Source: an uncultured bacterium (GTDB lineage: Bacteria; Hydrogenedentota; CAZGCA01). Taken from it: DNA of 61,943 bases. The position numbers and the translations under genes were made by a program. The notes beneath the pieces are model-generated. The model saw only the letters and a list, made by a program, of their open reading frames with translations. It searched no databases and was not told the DNA's origin. The stretch covers positions 1 through 61,943 of the forward strand of contig CAZGCA010000028.1 of NCBI GenBank assembly GCA_964524145.1, given 5' to 3'. Below, in pieces: positions 27,686 through 35,570 of the stretch. Positions within the stretch are counted from its first letter, which is position 1, and every line of letters begins with the position of its first letter.

Positions 27686-28966
27686 TCAGAGCACTGTAAC
27701 TGCAACCGGATAGCCCTTGACTCCATCTAATTGCCTGCGGAGCTTAGCTCGATGCGCAATCGAGACTCTGATCATCTTCACCGACAACTGTGATCCTCCG
27801 CCTGCCTGGAGACGAACTCGACGTGCCGACAGCCTGCCTCGCCTGACTTGGGAAGTATTTGTCAAAGGTCTATCCCAGTCTTGAAGGACGTCGCTCACTC
27901 TCAGTAGGCCGACAAGAGGACTGTCGCTGGACAGTGCAACAAGGGCATCCCGCTCAGGGCTCGTGAGTAGTGCTGACGTATGATCTATATTGTGATAGGC
28001 AATCGCCGCTGCTGCCGCCGCGAGGGAATTCTTCAGAAAGGCGGGATCCCAGCTTACACCTTTTGGCCACGGCGTACCCGGAATGCTGTAGTAATGACAT
28101 AACATATCGGCCAGCTTGTATATCAGCAGTGCTCCGAGAATCCCATGATCCTCTGCATCTGCATAGCATGTCCGGAGTTTCGCTCGGTAGGAAAGTAAGG
28201 CAAAGGGTCTTTTCGGAAGGGATTTCTCTATCAGATCAACAGCAGTAGTACCAGAGAAGCTCAGGTTGTTCAGTTCAGCAAAGTAGTTGGCAGGATTAAG
28301 GTGGACGACTGGCGGACACCCACCCGCCCTTGGAAGTGTGTCCATCACAGCATTTGCAGATTCCAGGAAACGGTCCAGTTGAGACACATGGCTTGACCCA
28401 GCGAAGAGCCGAAACGGATATGCAAGATCATGCAGAAGGGACGCGAGTCTCCATCTAAAGGAGAACTCCGTTTCCTTTGTGCCACCTGAAAGGCAAGAAG
28501 AAGACTTGGGCGGCGCAGATGCTACACTTGTCGATCCCAGGATGTCATTGTGTATCGCCTTCCGAAGTGGGGGAAACGATCCATACATATAAAGCCCAAG
28601 GCAATATACAAGACACGAATGGACAACGTGGTCTCGATGCCAGGGGGCGGTACCCAGAGGAGTGCTCTCGATGCGAGCGAGTTCCTTGAGCAAGGGACTG
28701 TAGGCGTGCAGTTTTGTATGAATACTCATCAATTTGTCGAACAAAGGAAAAGCGCGTGATGGTGTGGCACATCGAAGAAAGAGGCAGGTTTTCTTAAAAA
28801 GCTCCTTTAGGTGTTCTTCCTCGAGGTCATAGGTTTTTGCGATTGGGGCATGATTCTTCGAGCGTGAATCCAGAAGTGCGGTGGCAAGTTGCCTATTGAC
28901 GCCGGTTGGCCTCGCTGAGAAGAAACAACGGACGCGTTGGGCTACCGAACAAACAAACATGCTCAT
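27686..28966 (-). CDS. Uncharacterised HD-domain metal-dependent phosphohydrolase
   Basis: RDHVVH, LLHDLAYP, DHG, AIAYHN, DVLQDWDR; GGGAGG RBS; codon usage differs from flanking genes. Confidence 0.75.
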   Translation of the reverse strand: MSMFVCSVAQRVRCFFSARPTGVNRQLATALLDSRSKNHAPIAKTYDLEEEHLKELFKKTCLFLRCATPSRAFPLFDKLMSIHTKLHAYSPLLKELARIESTPLGTAPWHRDHVVHSCLVYCLGLYMYGSFPPLRKAIHNDILGSTSVASAPPKSSSCLSGGTKETEFSFRWRLASLLHDLAYPFRLFAGSSHVSQLDRFLESANAVMDTLPRAGGCPPVVHLNPANYFAELNNLSFSGTTAVDLIEKSLPKRPFALLSYRAKLRTCYADAEDHGILGALLIYKLADMLCHYYSIPGTPWPKGVSWDPAFLKNSLAAAAAAIAYHNIDHTSALLTSPERDALVALSSDSPLVGLLRVSDVLQDWDRPLTNTSQVRRGRLSARRVRLQAGGGSQLSVKMIRVSIAHRAKLRRQLDGVKGYPVAVTVL

Positions 28967-29133
28967 GTACGCCTCCCTTCCGTAGTTTGGGTGTCGATTG
29001 TTGAATAGCCATCTGTGAAAAGCTTCCAGCTAGCCGCAGCCTAATCGCTCCTCATGAGGCCCCGTGGGATAATGCAAAAGTTCCCGTCATCTGGCCACCT
29101 TTGCTCGTTTCCACGCTGCGTGCTCTCGCTTAT

Positions 29134-29248
29134 TAACCGCTCAGGCATTATATTTCCGCTGCTAAAACGATGTGAAGCGAGGATGGGTCTGGCTGGAGTC
29201 TGTAGACCGAAGTCCCGTTTGTAGTTCCGCCTTCATGCGGCAGGATCA
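29134..29248. repeat. Direct repeat A2 (copy of 27483-27614 lacking 17 nt of the heptamer array)
   Basis: taaccgctcaggcattatatttccgctgctaaaacgatgtgaagcga...; minus-strand TTCACA-N18-TATAAT. Confidence 0.88.
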
Positions 29249-29378
29249 GCAATCCTTCCCCAGGCCGTCGTTCCCACGAACACGGGAATCCCGACAAAAC
29301 GATGCCGTGCGGTCTCCGTTCCTTCCAAACGACCCTCAAACGAGTTTGAGGGTGCTACCCCTGGTGTCCACAAGATGG

Positions 29379-30386
29379 CTACAGATCGTTTTCGCCGATT
29401 TCAAACATGCGCTCCAGATAGAACTCGATGAATGCCCCCGCGTTCGCCGAAGTTGGCCGACTTTTCGGCCTATTCAAGAACATATCAAGGACTAGGTTGA
29501 AGATATCTTCTTCGACTGGCGGACAACGCAAACCGAGTGCAAACAGTTTTCCTGTTATGCTATCACGATTTCTCCGCACGCTCATGATCTCAAAAACGTG
29601 ATGCGGGCTGGGCAGGATCCTGCCGGTAAACAGCTCGAACAAAGTAATGCCAAGCGGAAACATGTCAGACCGAACCGTCACATCCTTCGGTCTGATGGCC
29701 TGTTCGGGTGACATGTACTTGAAAGTACCCAAGCCCCGCTGATGGGAGGCCGTAAGAGTCCCGGAGGCAGCCGCAGCCAGAAAATCCCCCCACTTGGTGA
29801 CGCCGAAATCGCCCAGCTTTACGACTGCTGGCTGAGAACCCACTGCTGTTGAAGACAGGAATATGTTTGCGGGCTTAACATCCCGGTGCGTTATCTTGCG
29901 CTCATGGAGGTAGCAAAGGGCACGACAGACTCTCGCCGCAACAGAGAGAGTCTGCTCCGTTATATTGCTGTTGCGGGACCCGGAACGCTCAACCCTCTTG
30001 ATCAGAGACTCTAGGCTACCCCCGCGCACGTACTCCATGACGATCAGTGGATTCTTGATTTTGCGGCTCTCGAAACAGTTTCCGTCCTCATTGTCTTCGT
30101 AGGCTATTATCCGAACGAGATTCTCGTGGCTCAGTCCAGCCCCCCTGAGCCCTTCACGTCGGAATCGCCTAGCCACATCATCAAACGCACTGACCTCAAT
30201 GTATTTCGGGTCGGGAGCCAGAAACTTCACCGCAACAACTCGACCTGTCTTCCGATCGGTTGCTTTTCTAACCAAGCCGACAGCACCGTCGCCGAGCGAA
30301 CCAAGCAGTACGTAGTCTCGGCCACCAGCCCGAATTCTCTGGCCCTTGCGGGGACGACACCTGCTCCGTTCCAGATCATGCTTCAT
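29379..30386 (-). CDS. Stand-alone Hanks-type Ser/Thr protein kinase (no TM or sensor domain)
   Basis: GDGAVG, VAVK, E in helix C (RREG), HRDVKPAN, DFG, YMSPEQ, SDMF.LG; GGGAGG RBS. Confidence 0.93.
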   Translation of the reverse strand: MKHDLERSRCRPRKGQRIRAGGRDYVLLGSLGDGAVGLVRKATDRKTGRVVAVKFLAPDPKYIEVSAFDDVARRFRREGLRGAGLSHENLVRIIAYEDNEDGNCFESRKIKNPLIVMEYVRGGSLESLIKRVERSGSRNSNITEQTLSVAARVCRALCYLHERKITHRDVKPANIFLSSTAVGSQPAVVKLGDFGVTKWGDFLAAAASGTLTASHQRGLGTFKYMSPEQAIRPKDVTVRSDMFPLGITLFELFTGRILPSPHHVFEIMSVRRNRDSITGKLFALGLRCPPVEEDIFNLVLDMFLNRPKSRPTSANAGAFIEFYLERMFEIGENDL

Positions 30387-30498
30387 CCTAATCCTCCCTG
30401 CGACAGCAAAATGGCTTCTTGGCATTGAGAGCAATGGGGCAAGTCAGACATGATGACACTCCCTGAAGTTTGTATCATGCTCACTCCTTGGTCACAGG

Positions 30499-31281
30499 CT
30501 AGGGTGCAAATGTGTCGCGAAGTTCTCTTGCCAAGCCATCGAGATCAGGGAACAAGGTCGAATAGCTTATGCCCAAGAGTTCGAGATCCTTTCTTATCGC
30601 GTCACGGGGTGCGTCACGGGGCAACCATGGTATGACCAGCTTGACCAGGTACCCATCAGAGCTAAGGGCGTGGTCGCGGAACTGGTCAACAAAACTCCTT
30701 GTATCCTTTCCGTGAATGGTGAACCTTCCGCATTGGGCAGTGATCCTGATATGTACCTCTGTTGGCGCCACAGCGATCGGGTACTCAGGCGGTTCCTCTG
30801 GCGCGTCAACGCGAAAGGCAAGTGCATAACTTTTCTTCACCGGACCTTTGTTCGAGGCTGGCGGCCCCTTTATCGCAGAGAGCTTGTTCAACTCGATGGG
30901 ATTCAATAGCCAGACCACTGCATCCAACTCTTCCCGCTCATGAACGGCAAAGAACAGTCCCGCCCCCGCACTCTCAGTCCAATCAAGCAAGCGCGTTGGA
31001 AGGCCAACATGCTGCATCAGAGACAGCTGCCGAGCGTGGGAATCCTCAGGAATGCCTCTTTCGGTATACATACGTGCGCGCCGTTTGAAGAAAGATGTAA
31101 GATCCCTCTCGTTCTCTGCTCCACCTTTCCGGAAGAGGCGTGGAAGCGGTGGTTTGCTGCCGTCGGACTGGCCTCGAAAATACGGTTTCACTCCCTTATC
31201 CAGTTTCCAGTCAGAAGTCAGTTCCTTGATTGTATCGAGATAGTCCGAAAAAGAGCTAATGGAGATCTCTTGAATTGCCAT
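30499..31281 (-). CDS. FRG-domain protein
   Basis: YFRGQ, MQHVGLPTRLLDWT, RITAQCGRFT, LFPDLDG. Confidence 0.93.
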   Translation of the reverse strand: MAIQEISISSFSDYLDTIKELTSDWKLDKGVKPYFRGQSDGSKPPLPRLFRKGGAENERDLTSFFKRRARMYTERGIPEDSHARQLSLMQHVGLPTRLLDWTESAGAGLFFAVHEREELDAVVWLLNPIELNKLSAIKGPPASNKGPVKKSYALAFRVDAPEEPPEYPIAVAPTEVHIRITAQCGRFTIHGKDTRSFVDQFRDHALSSDGYLVKLVIPWLPRDAPRDAIRKDLELLGISYSTLFPDLDGLARELRDTFAP

Positions 31282-31486
31282 CTGACTTACCCCCCGCTCT
31301 CACCAAGCCACTCCCTATCGTCGCTTAGAAACCAATCACTCAACGGAACTTGGGGAATTTACCCGGTACTCACGGACGCCTACGCGTCTGTCCGAGCGTT
31401 TGTGCAACGGGATATTCTGCACCGCCTCCATGGGTGGCGCGACCCCAGCTCTCAAGATGCCAGATCTGCTCATCCAATACGCTCAA

Positions 31487-31515
31487 ATCATATCGAAGCC
31501 ACGTGCGAATGTCAA
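31487..31515 (-). promoter_or_regulatory. sigma70-type promoter upstream of FRG-kinase
   Basis: Minus strand TTGACA-N17-TATGAT. Confidence 0.6.
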
Positions 31516-31728
31516 CCTTTTTATCTTTTTATCTCCCGTTGGCGCACATCCTTTGTTTCTTCACCAAATCCCGGTTGAGCGTTGAGGTGCGAGAAAGACG
31601 TCTGTTCCTGCATGCAAGACCATAGAGAACGGAATTGAGACCCTCTTTTCGTGAAAGGGCAACATGGTGGTTCGCGTGTGGCTATACAGGACAATAGACG
31701 CGTATGACATGAGGTTGGGCATGTAGTC

Positions 31729-31832
31729 TGTCATCCTGAGCGAATGCGAAGGATCTCCTCGTGAGCAACCGGGCGAGGCAAAAGCGCAGATCCCTCGTTG
31801 GGCCGGGATTCTTCACTGCGTTCAGAATGACA
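31729..31832. repeat. Palindromic repeat element (TGTCATCCTGAGC..GAAGGATCT / GATTCTTC..TCAGAATGACA family)
   Basis: Inverted ends tgtcatcctgagcgaatgcgaaggatc ... gattcttcactgcgttcagaatgaca. Confidence 0.75.
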
Positions 31833-31972
31833 CACGAAGGGCATGTTGGTGCGGAATGCATGAACGGAGGTGCGCCCTTTTCGGGGAACTCGGCAAGGTC
31901 CGCGCCTCTTCCCCGGCATTCCAGGATTCCCGCTTGTGCGATAGAAGGAAGGCGGTTGCACGTTCCTGCCGG

Positions 31973-33169
31973 CTACGCTGCCAAGACGTCGGCGATGGCC
32001 TGGCAGAGGCGGTCGATGTTCTTCTCGGTGATTCCCGCCACGTTGATACGGCCGGATCCGACGATGTAGATGGCGTATTGGTCTCGCAGACGGTTCACCT
32101 GGTCGGGTGTAAGCCCGGTGAATGAGAACATCCCACGCTGGTTTGCCATAAAGCTAAAATCCTGCTTCACCCCTTTGGCCGCGAGCGTTTTGACGAAGAG
32201 AGCGCGCATGGTGTTGAGCCTGCCGCGCATGGCCGCGACTTCTTCCAGCCACAGAGCGTGCAGTTCCGGGTCCGAAAGAACCTTGGTCACGACTTTGCCG
32301 CCGTGAGCGGGAGGGTTCGAGTAGTTTGCGCGAATGCACGTGCTGATATGGCTGAACGCTTTTGCGGCCGCTTCCGCGGTCGCGTCGACAACTGTAAGCG
32401 AGCCGACACGCTCGTTGTAGAGGCTCATGTTCTTCGAGAACGAGTTGGTTACCAGCAGTTTGCAGCCGGGAACGGCAAAGGTGCGGAGGCCCGCTGCGTC
32501 CTCGTCCAGCCCGTCGCCGAAACCCTGGTAGGCGAAGTCGAACAAAGGCAGGAACCCTTTCTCGCCGGCCAGAACGGCCAACTGCTGCCATTGCCCGGGC
32601 GTAGGATCGGCCCCGGTAGGGTTGTGGCAGCAGGCATGAAACAACACAATATCCCTTGCCGGTACCTCGGCAAGCGCGTTCATCATGTTGTCGAACCCGA
32701 TAGTCTTGCGCTGGGAGTCGTAGTACGGATAGGAGCATATTTCAAGACCGGCTGCGCGGAACACGTTCCTGTGGTTGGCCCAGGTCGGATCGCTCAGCCA
32801 GATCTTCGATCCCGGCAGCACCTTCTTGATGAAGTCTCCGGCCACGCGCAACGCTCCGGTACCGCCCGGTGTTTGCGCGGTAGCGGCCCGATTCGAACTG
32901 ATGATTTCATGGTCTTCGCCGAACAGAAGTTTCTGCACACAACAACCCAACTCCGGGGACCCTGTGATGCTCAGGTACTCCTTTGAAGCTTGTTCTTCGA
33001 GCAGAGCCGCCTCCGCACGCCGGACGGACTCGAGTACCGGTGTGGTGCCGTCTGCATCCTTGTACACGCCGACGCTGAGGTTGATCTTGTCCGGGTTGGG
33101 GTCAAGCTTGAACGCTTCCTTCAAGCCCAATATCGCATCGGGCGGCGCCATTTCAAGGTCTTCAAACAT
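31973..33169 (-). CDS. aspC: Aspartate/aromatic aminotransferase (class Ia)
   Basis: APPDAILGL, NLSVGVYK, TPGGTGAL, HACCHNPTG, DFAYQGF, SFSKN..LYNERVG, GMFSF, GRINVAG. Confidence 0.95.
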   Translation of the reverse strand: MFEDLEMAPPDAILGLKEAFKLDPNPDKINLSVGVYKDADGTTPVLESVRRAEAALLEEQASKEYLSITGSPELGCCVQKLLFGEDHEIISSNRAATAQTPGGTGALRVAGDFIKKVLPGSKIWLSDPTWANHRNVFRAAGLEICSYPYYDSQRKTIGFDNMMNALAEVPARDIVLFHACCHNPTGADPTPGQWQQLAVLAGEKGFLPLFDFAYQGFGDGLDEDAAGLRTFAVPGCKLLVTNSFSKNMSLYNERVGSLTVVDATAEAAAKAFSHISTCIRANYSNPPAHGGKVVTKVLSDPELHALWLEEVAAMRGRLNTMRALFVKTLAAKGVKQDFSFMANQRGMFSFTGLTPDQVNRLRDQYAIYIVGSGRINVAGITEKNIDRLCQAIADVLAA

Positions 33170-33321
33170 GTTCTTCTCCTTCAGCGCGTACTTGAGGGTG
33201 CCACTCAATGGTCACGCTTAGCCACGGCAGTTGCTAATCCATACCAGTGATCCTGCGCAGCACTATACCTTCAATGTGTTTGTCCGATCAAATCCTGTTA
33301 GCGCGGGGCCGCATCTCTTGC

Positions 33322-33371
33322 GTGGCTTGGGCATCCTTCCCAAGGCTTCTTGGGCGAGACGCCCAAGCTAC
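33322..33371. repeat. REP doublet (GTAG-type, GTAGCTTGGGC..GCCCAAG)
   Basis: gtggcttgggcatccttcccaag-gctt-cttgggcgagacgcccaagctac; same family at 57931-57980. Confidence 0.82.
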
Positions 33372-33472
33372 GAATGTACGCCGTCCCCGTCACAACGATC
33401 GTATTCCGTCTCCGTTACCGATGTGATGGTTGTGATCGATGTTACCACTGTCAGGGTTGCCGGCTGAGTGCC

Positions 33473-33706
33473 CTATCGGACAGGCCAGCGGATCTGGAAC
33501 TCGATCTCTTCTTTTTTCGAGCCTCGTTCGTGTTCGATGTTGATGACGGCGGTTGACGGGATTGAGACCCGTTCGCCTGCGACCTGGATTCTGAACCGTT
33601 TGCCCTGCTCGATACAGTCCGCCAATCGACGAAGTTTGGCAGCGAACTGTGTGAGAGGGTACGCCTTCTCGATATCCCGTTTGCGTTTCTTCTTTTTCGT
33701 GGCCAT
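33473..33706 (-). CDS. Amphi-Trp domain protein
   Basis: KLRRLAD.IE.G..FRIQVAGER..IP......EHE....EEIEFQIRW; AAGGAG RBS. Confidence 0.85.
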   Translation of the reverse strand: MATKKKKRKRDIEKAYPLTQFAAKLRRLADCIEQGKRFRIQVAGERVSIPSTAVINIEHERGSKKEEIEFQIRWPVR

Positions 33707-33860
33707 TCCCCGCTCCTTCTGATTCAGTCTTGAGGCTTCAGAGAGGTGTTGTCTGTGTCCTATCGTATCACAAGCCATTGGCCGCGACCACCGGTGAGGG
33801 CCGTGGCGGTCTTGGAAAGGGCCAGTAATCCCGCTACACTCACACGGGTTGAGGACATTC

Positions 33861-35408
33861 TCAACGTCTTGTCTCTGCTGCCGTAATCACCTGTTTGCCT
33901 GGTAACGGTGACGGTTCCCGATAGGCAATGCCGTACGACTTGCACAGCAGGTTCGAGGATATCCGCGCTGACTCGTAGATCGTCGGAAGACCGCTTCCGG
34001 GATGGGTGCCCCCACCCACCAGGTAGCAGTGTCTCAACTCCTCGAACTTGTTTCTGGGCCTGAAATAGAGCAGTTGTGAGAAACACGGTGACAGACTGAA
34101 CTCTGCGGCCTCGTAGACGTTGTAGTCTTGTTCCCACTCAGCCGGTGTGATGATCTTCTCGTGCTTGATATGCTGCCGTATGTCGGTCATGCCCGCCCTC
34201 TTTGCCAGCGAGTCGAGGACCTTTTCGCGAACCGCTTCCTTGTGTTCAGCCCAGTCGATTTGGCTCTGATTATTCGGAACGGGCAGAAGCACGTATATGG
34301 TCGATGCGCCGGCCGGAGCAAGAGACGGGTCGGTGACACAGGCGTTCTGAACGTAAAACGAGATGTCTTCCGAGAGCACCTTCCTGTCGAAAATGTCCTC
34401 TAGGTTCGACCGGTAATCGTCGGCAAAGACGATATTGTGATGGGGGGCATCGTACACCGTATCGACCGCAAGATACATCATAAACGTCGAGCAGGTGAGA
34501 CGCTTTTTCCGAAGCTTTTCCTCGGTGTGTTTCTTCAGCAATCCGGGTTCAACAAGGTTCGACATCGCGTAGCAGAAATCAGCGTTGATAACCACGTCAT
34601 CGGCGTGCACGCTTGTGCCGTCCTCGAGTTTGACGCCTGTGACGGTACGCCCGTCCGTGATCAGCTTCGCAACGGGAGTATCGGTATGGAGCTCGACCCC
34701 TTGCTCCTCCAAGACCTTTGCCATGGCCAACGATATTTGGTTGAGCCCGCCAGTCACATGATAGATACCGTATGCATGCTCGATGTAGGGAATCATCGTG
34801 AAGAGCGCAGGACATGTCCATGGCGACATCCCCAGGTACTTAGACTGGAACGTGAAACACAGTCGCAAAGCTTCCTGGTCAAAGTACTGGCTCAAGTTGT
34901 CCATTATTGAGCGCGGAAATGATATGTGCGGGAGCGCTCGTAGAAGTTTTCCGTAAGGGAGCGTCAACAGGCTCGAATAGGGTTTCTGCAAACAGGGAAA
35001 CAACCGTTCAAACCGCTTTGCTTCCCGACTGAAAAACCGATCGATCGCCGCATCGGACCGGGAAAACTTCTCGGCGATCTCGTCCTTGAGCTTCGCGCGG
35101 TCCGCCGGTAAATTGATCTCGACCTCAGGGAAAGTCAGCCGGTACAACGGATCGAGTCTCTCGAATTGAAGGTAATCCTCGACCGATCTTTCCGTTTCTT
35201 CAAAGAGCTCCTTCAGGACAAAGCTCATCATGAGGAATGTGGGGCCCGTGTCCCACGTGAACCCGCCCCATTGAATTGGAGCGTTTCTGCCTCCTACTTG
35301 GGATGCTTTCTCAAATACGGTGACCTTGAATCCCCTGTGTGCCAGAATCATCGCGCTCGCCAAGCCGCCGGGACCCGCGCCGACTATAACGACGTGTTTT
35401 TTGTCCAT
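33861..35408 (-). CDS. Phytoene/dehydrosqualene desaturase family (CrtI/CrtN-like) FAD oxidoreductase
   Basis: IVGAGPGGL, VGGRN, DTGPT, FQSKYLGMSP, LVGGGTHPGSGLP. Confidence 0.9.
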   Translation of the reverse strand: MDKKHVVIVGAGPGGLASAMILAHRGFKVTVFEKASQVGGRNAPIQWGGFTWDTGPTFLMMSFVLKELFEETERSVEDYLQFERLDPLYRLTFPEVEINLPADRAKLKDEIAEKFSRSDAAIDRFFSREAKRFERLFPCLQKPYSSLLTLPYGKLLRALPHISFPRSIMDNLSQYFDQEALRLCFTFQSKYLGMSPWTCPALFTMIPYIEHAYGIYHVTGGLNQISLAMAKVLEEQGVELHTDTPVAKLITDGRTVTGVKLEDGTSVHADDVVINADFCYAMSNLVEPGLLKKHTEEKLRKKRLTCSTFMMYLAVDTVYDAPHHNIVFADDYRSNLEDIFDRKVLSEDISFYVQNACVTDPSLAPAGASTIYVLLPVPNNQSQIDWAEHKEAVREKVLDSLAKRAGMTDIRQHIKHEKIITPAEWEQDYNVYEAAEFSLSPCFSQLLYFRPRNKFEELRHCYLVGGGTHPGSGLPTIYESARISSNLLCKSYGIAYREPSPLPGKQVITAAETRR

Positions 35409-35570
35409 GGTTCTTCCTCTGTTGGACAGTGCATTGGCAAACAAGGAGCTTGTGTCCTGCTTGCAGCGAACACCTTGTTGTCGCCTTCTGCTTCTCACCT
35501 CTGCTGAAGTGTATCAGAAATTATATGCGGCGGGCACTCCCGCTTCAACAGATTGGGTTCGGCCAGTATT

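Noticed and set aside
31350-31460. Hairpin ACGGACGC-CTAC-GCGTCTGT in the FRG leader as a tRNA, riboswitch or attC
   Set aside because: No cloverleaf, riboswitch consensus or R-box pair found by eye; an Rfam/Infernal scan would be needed to say more.
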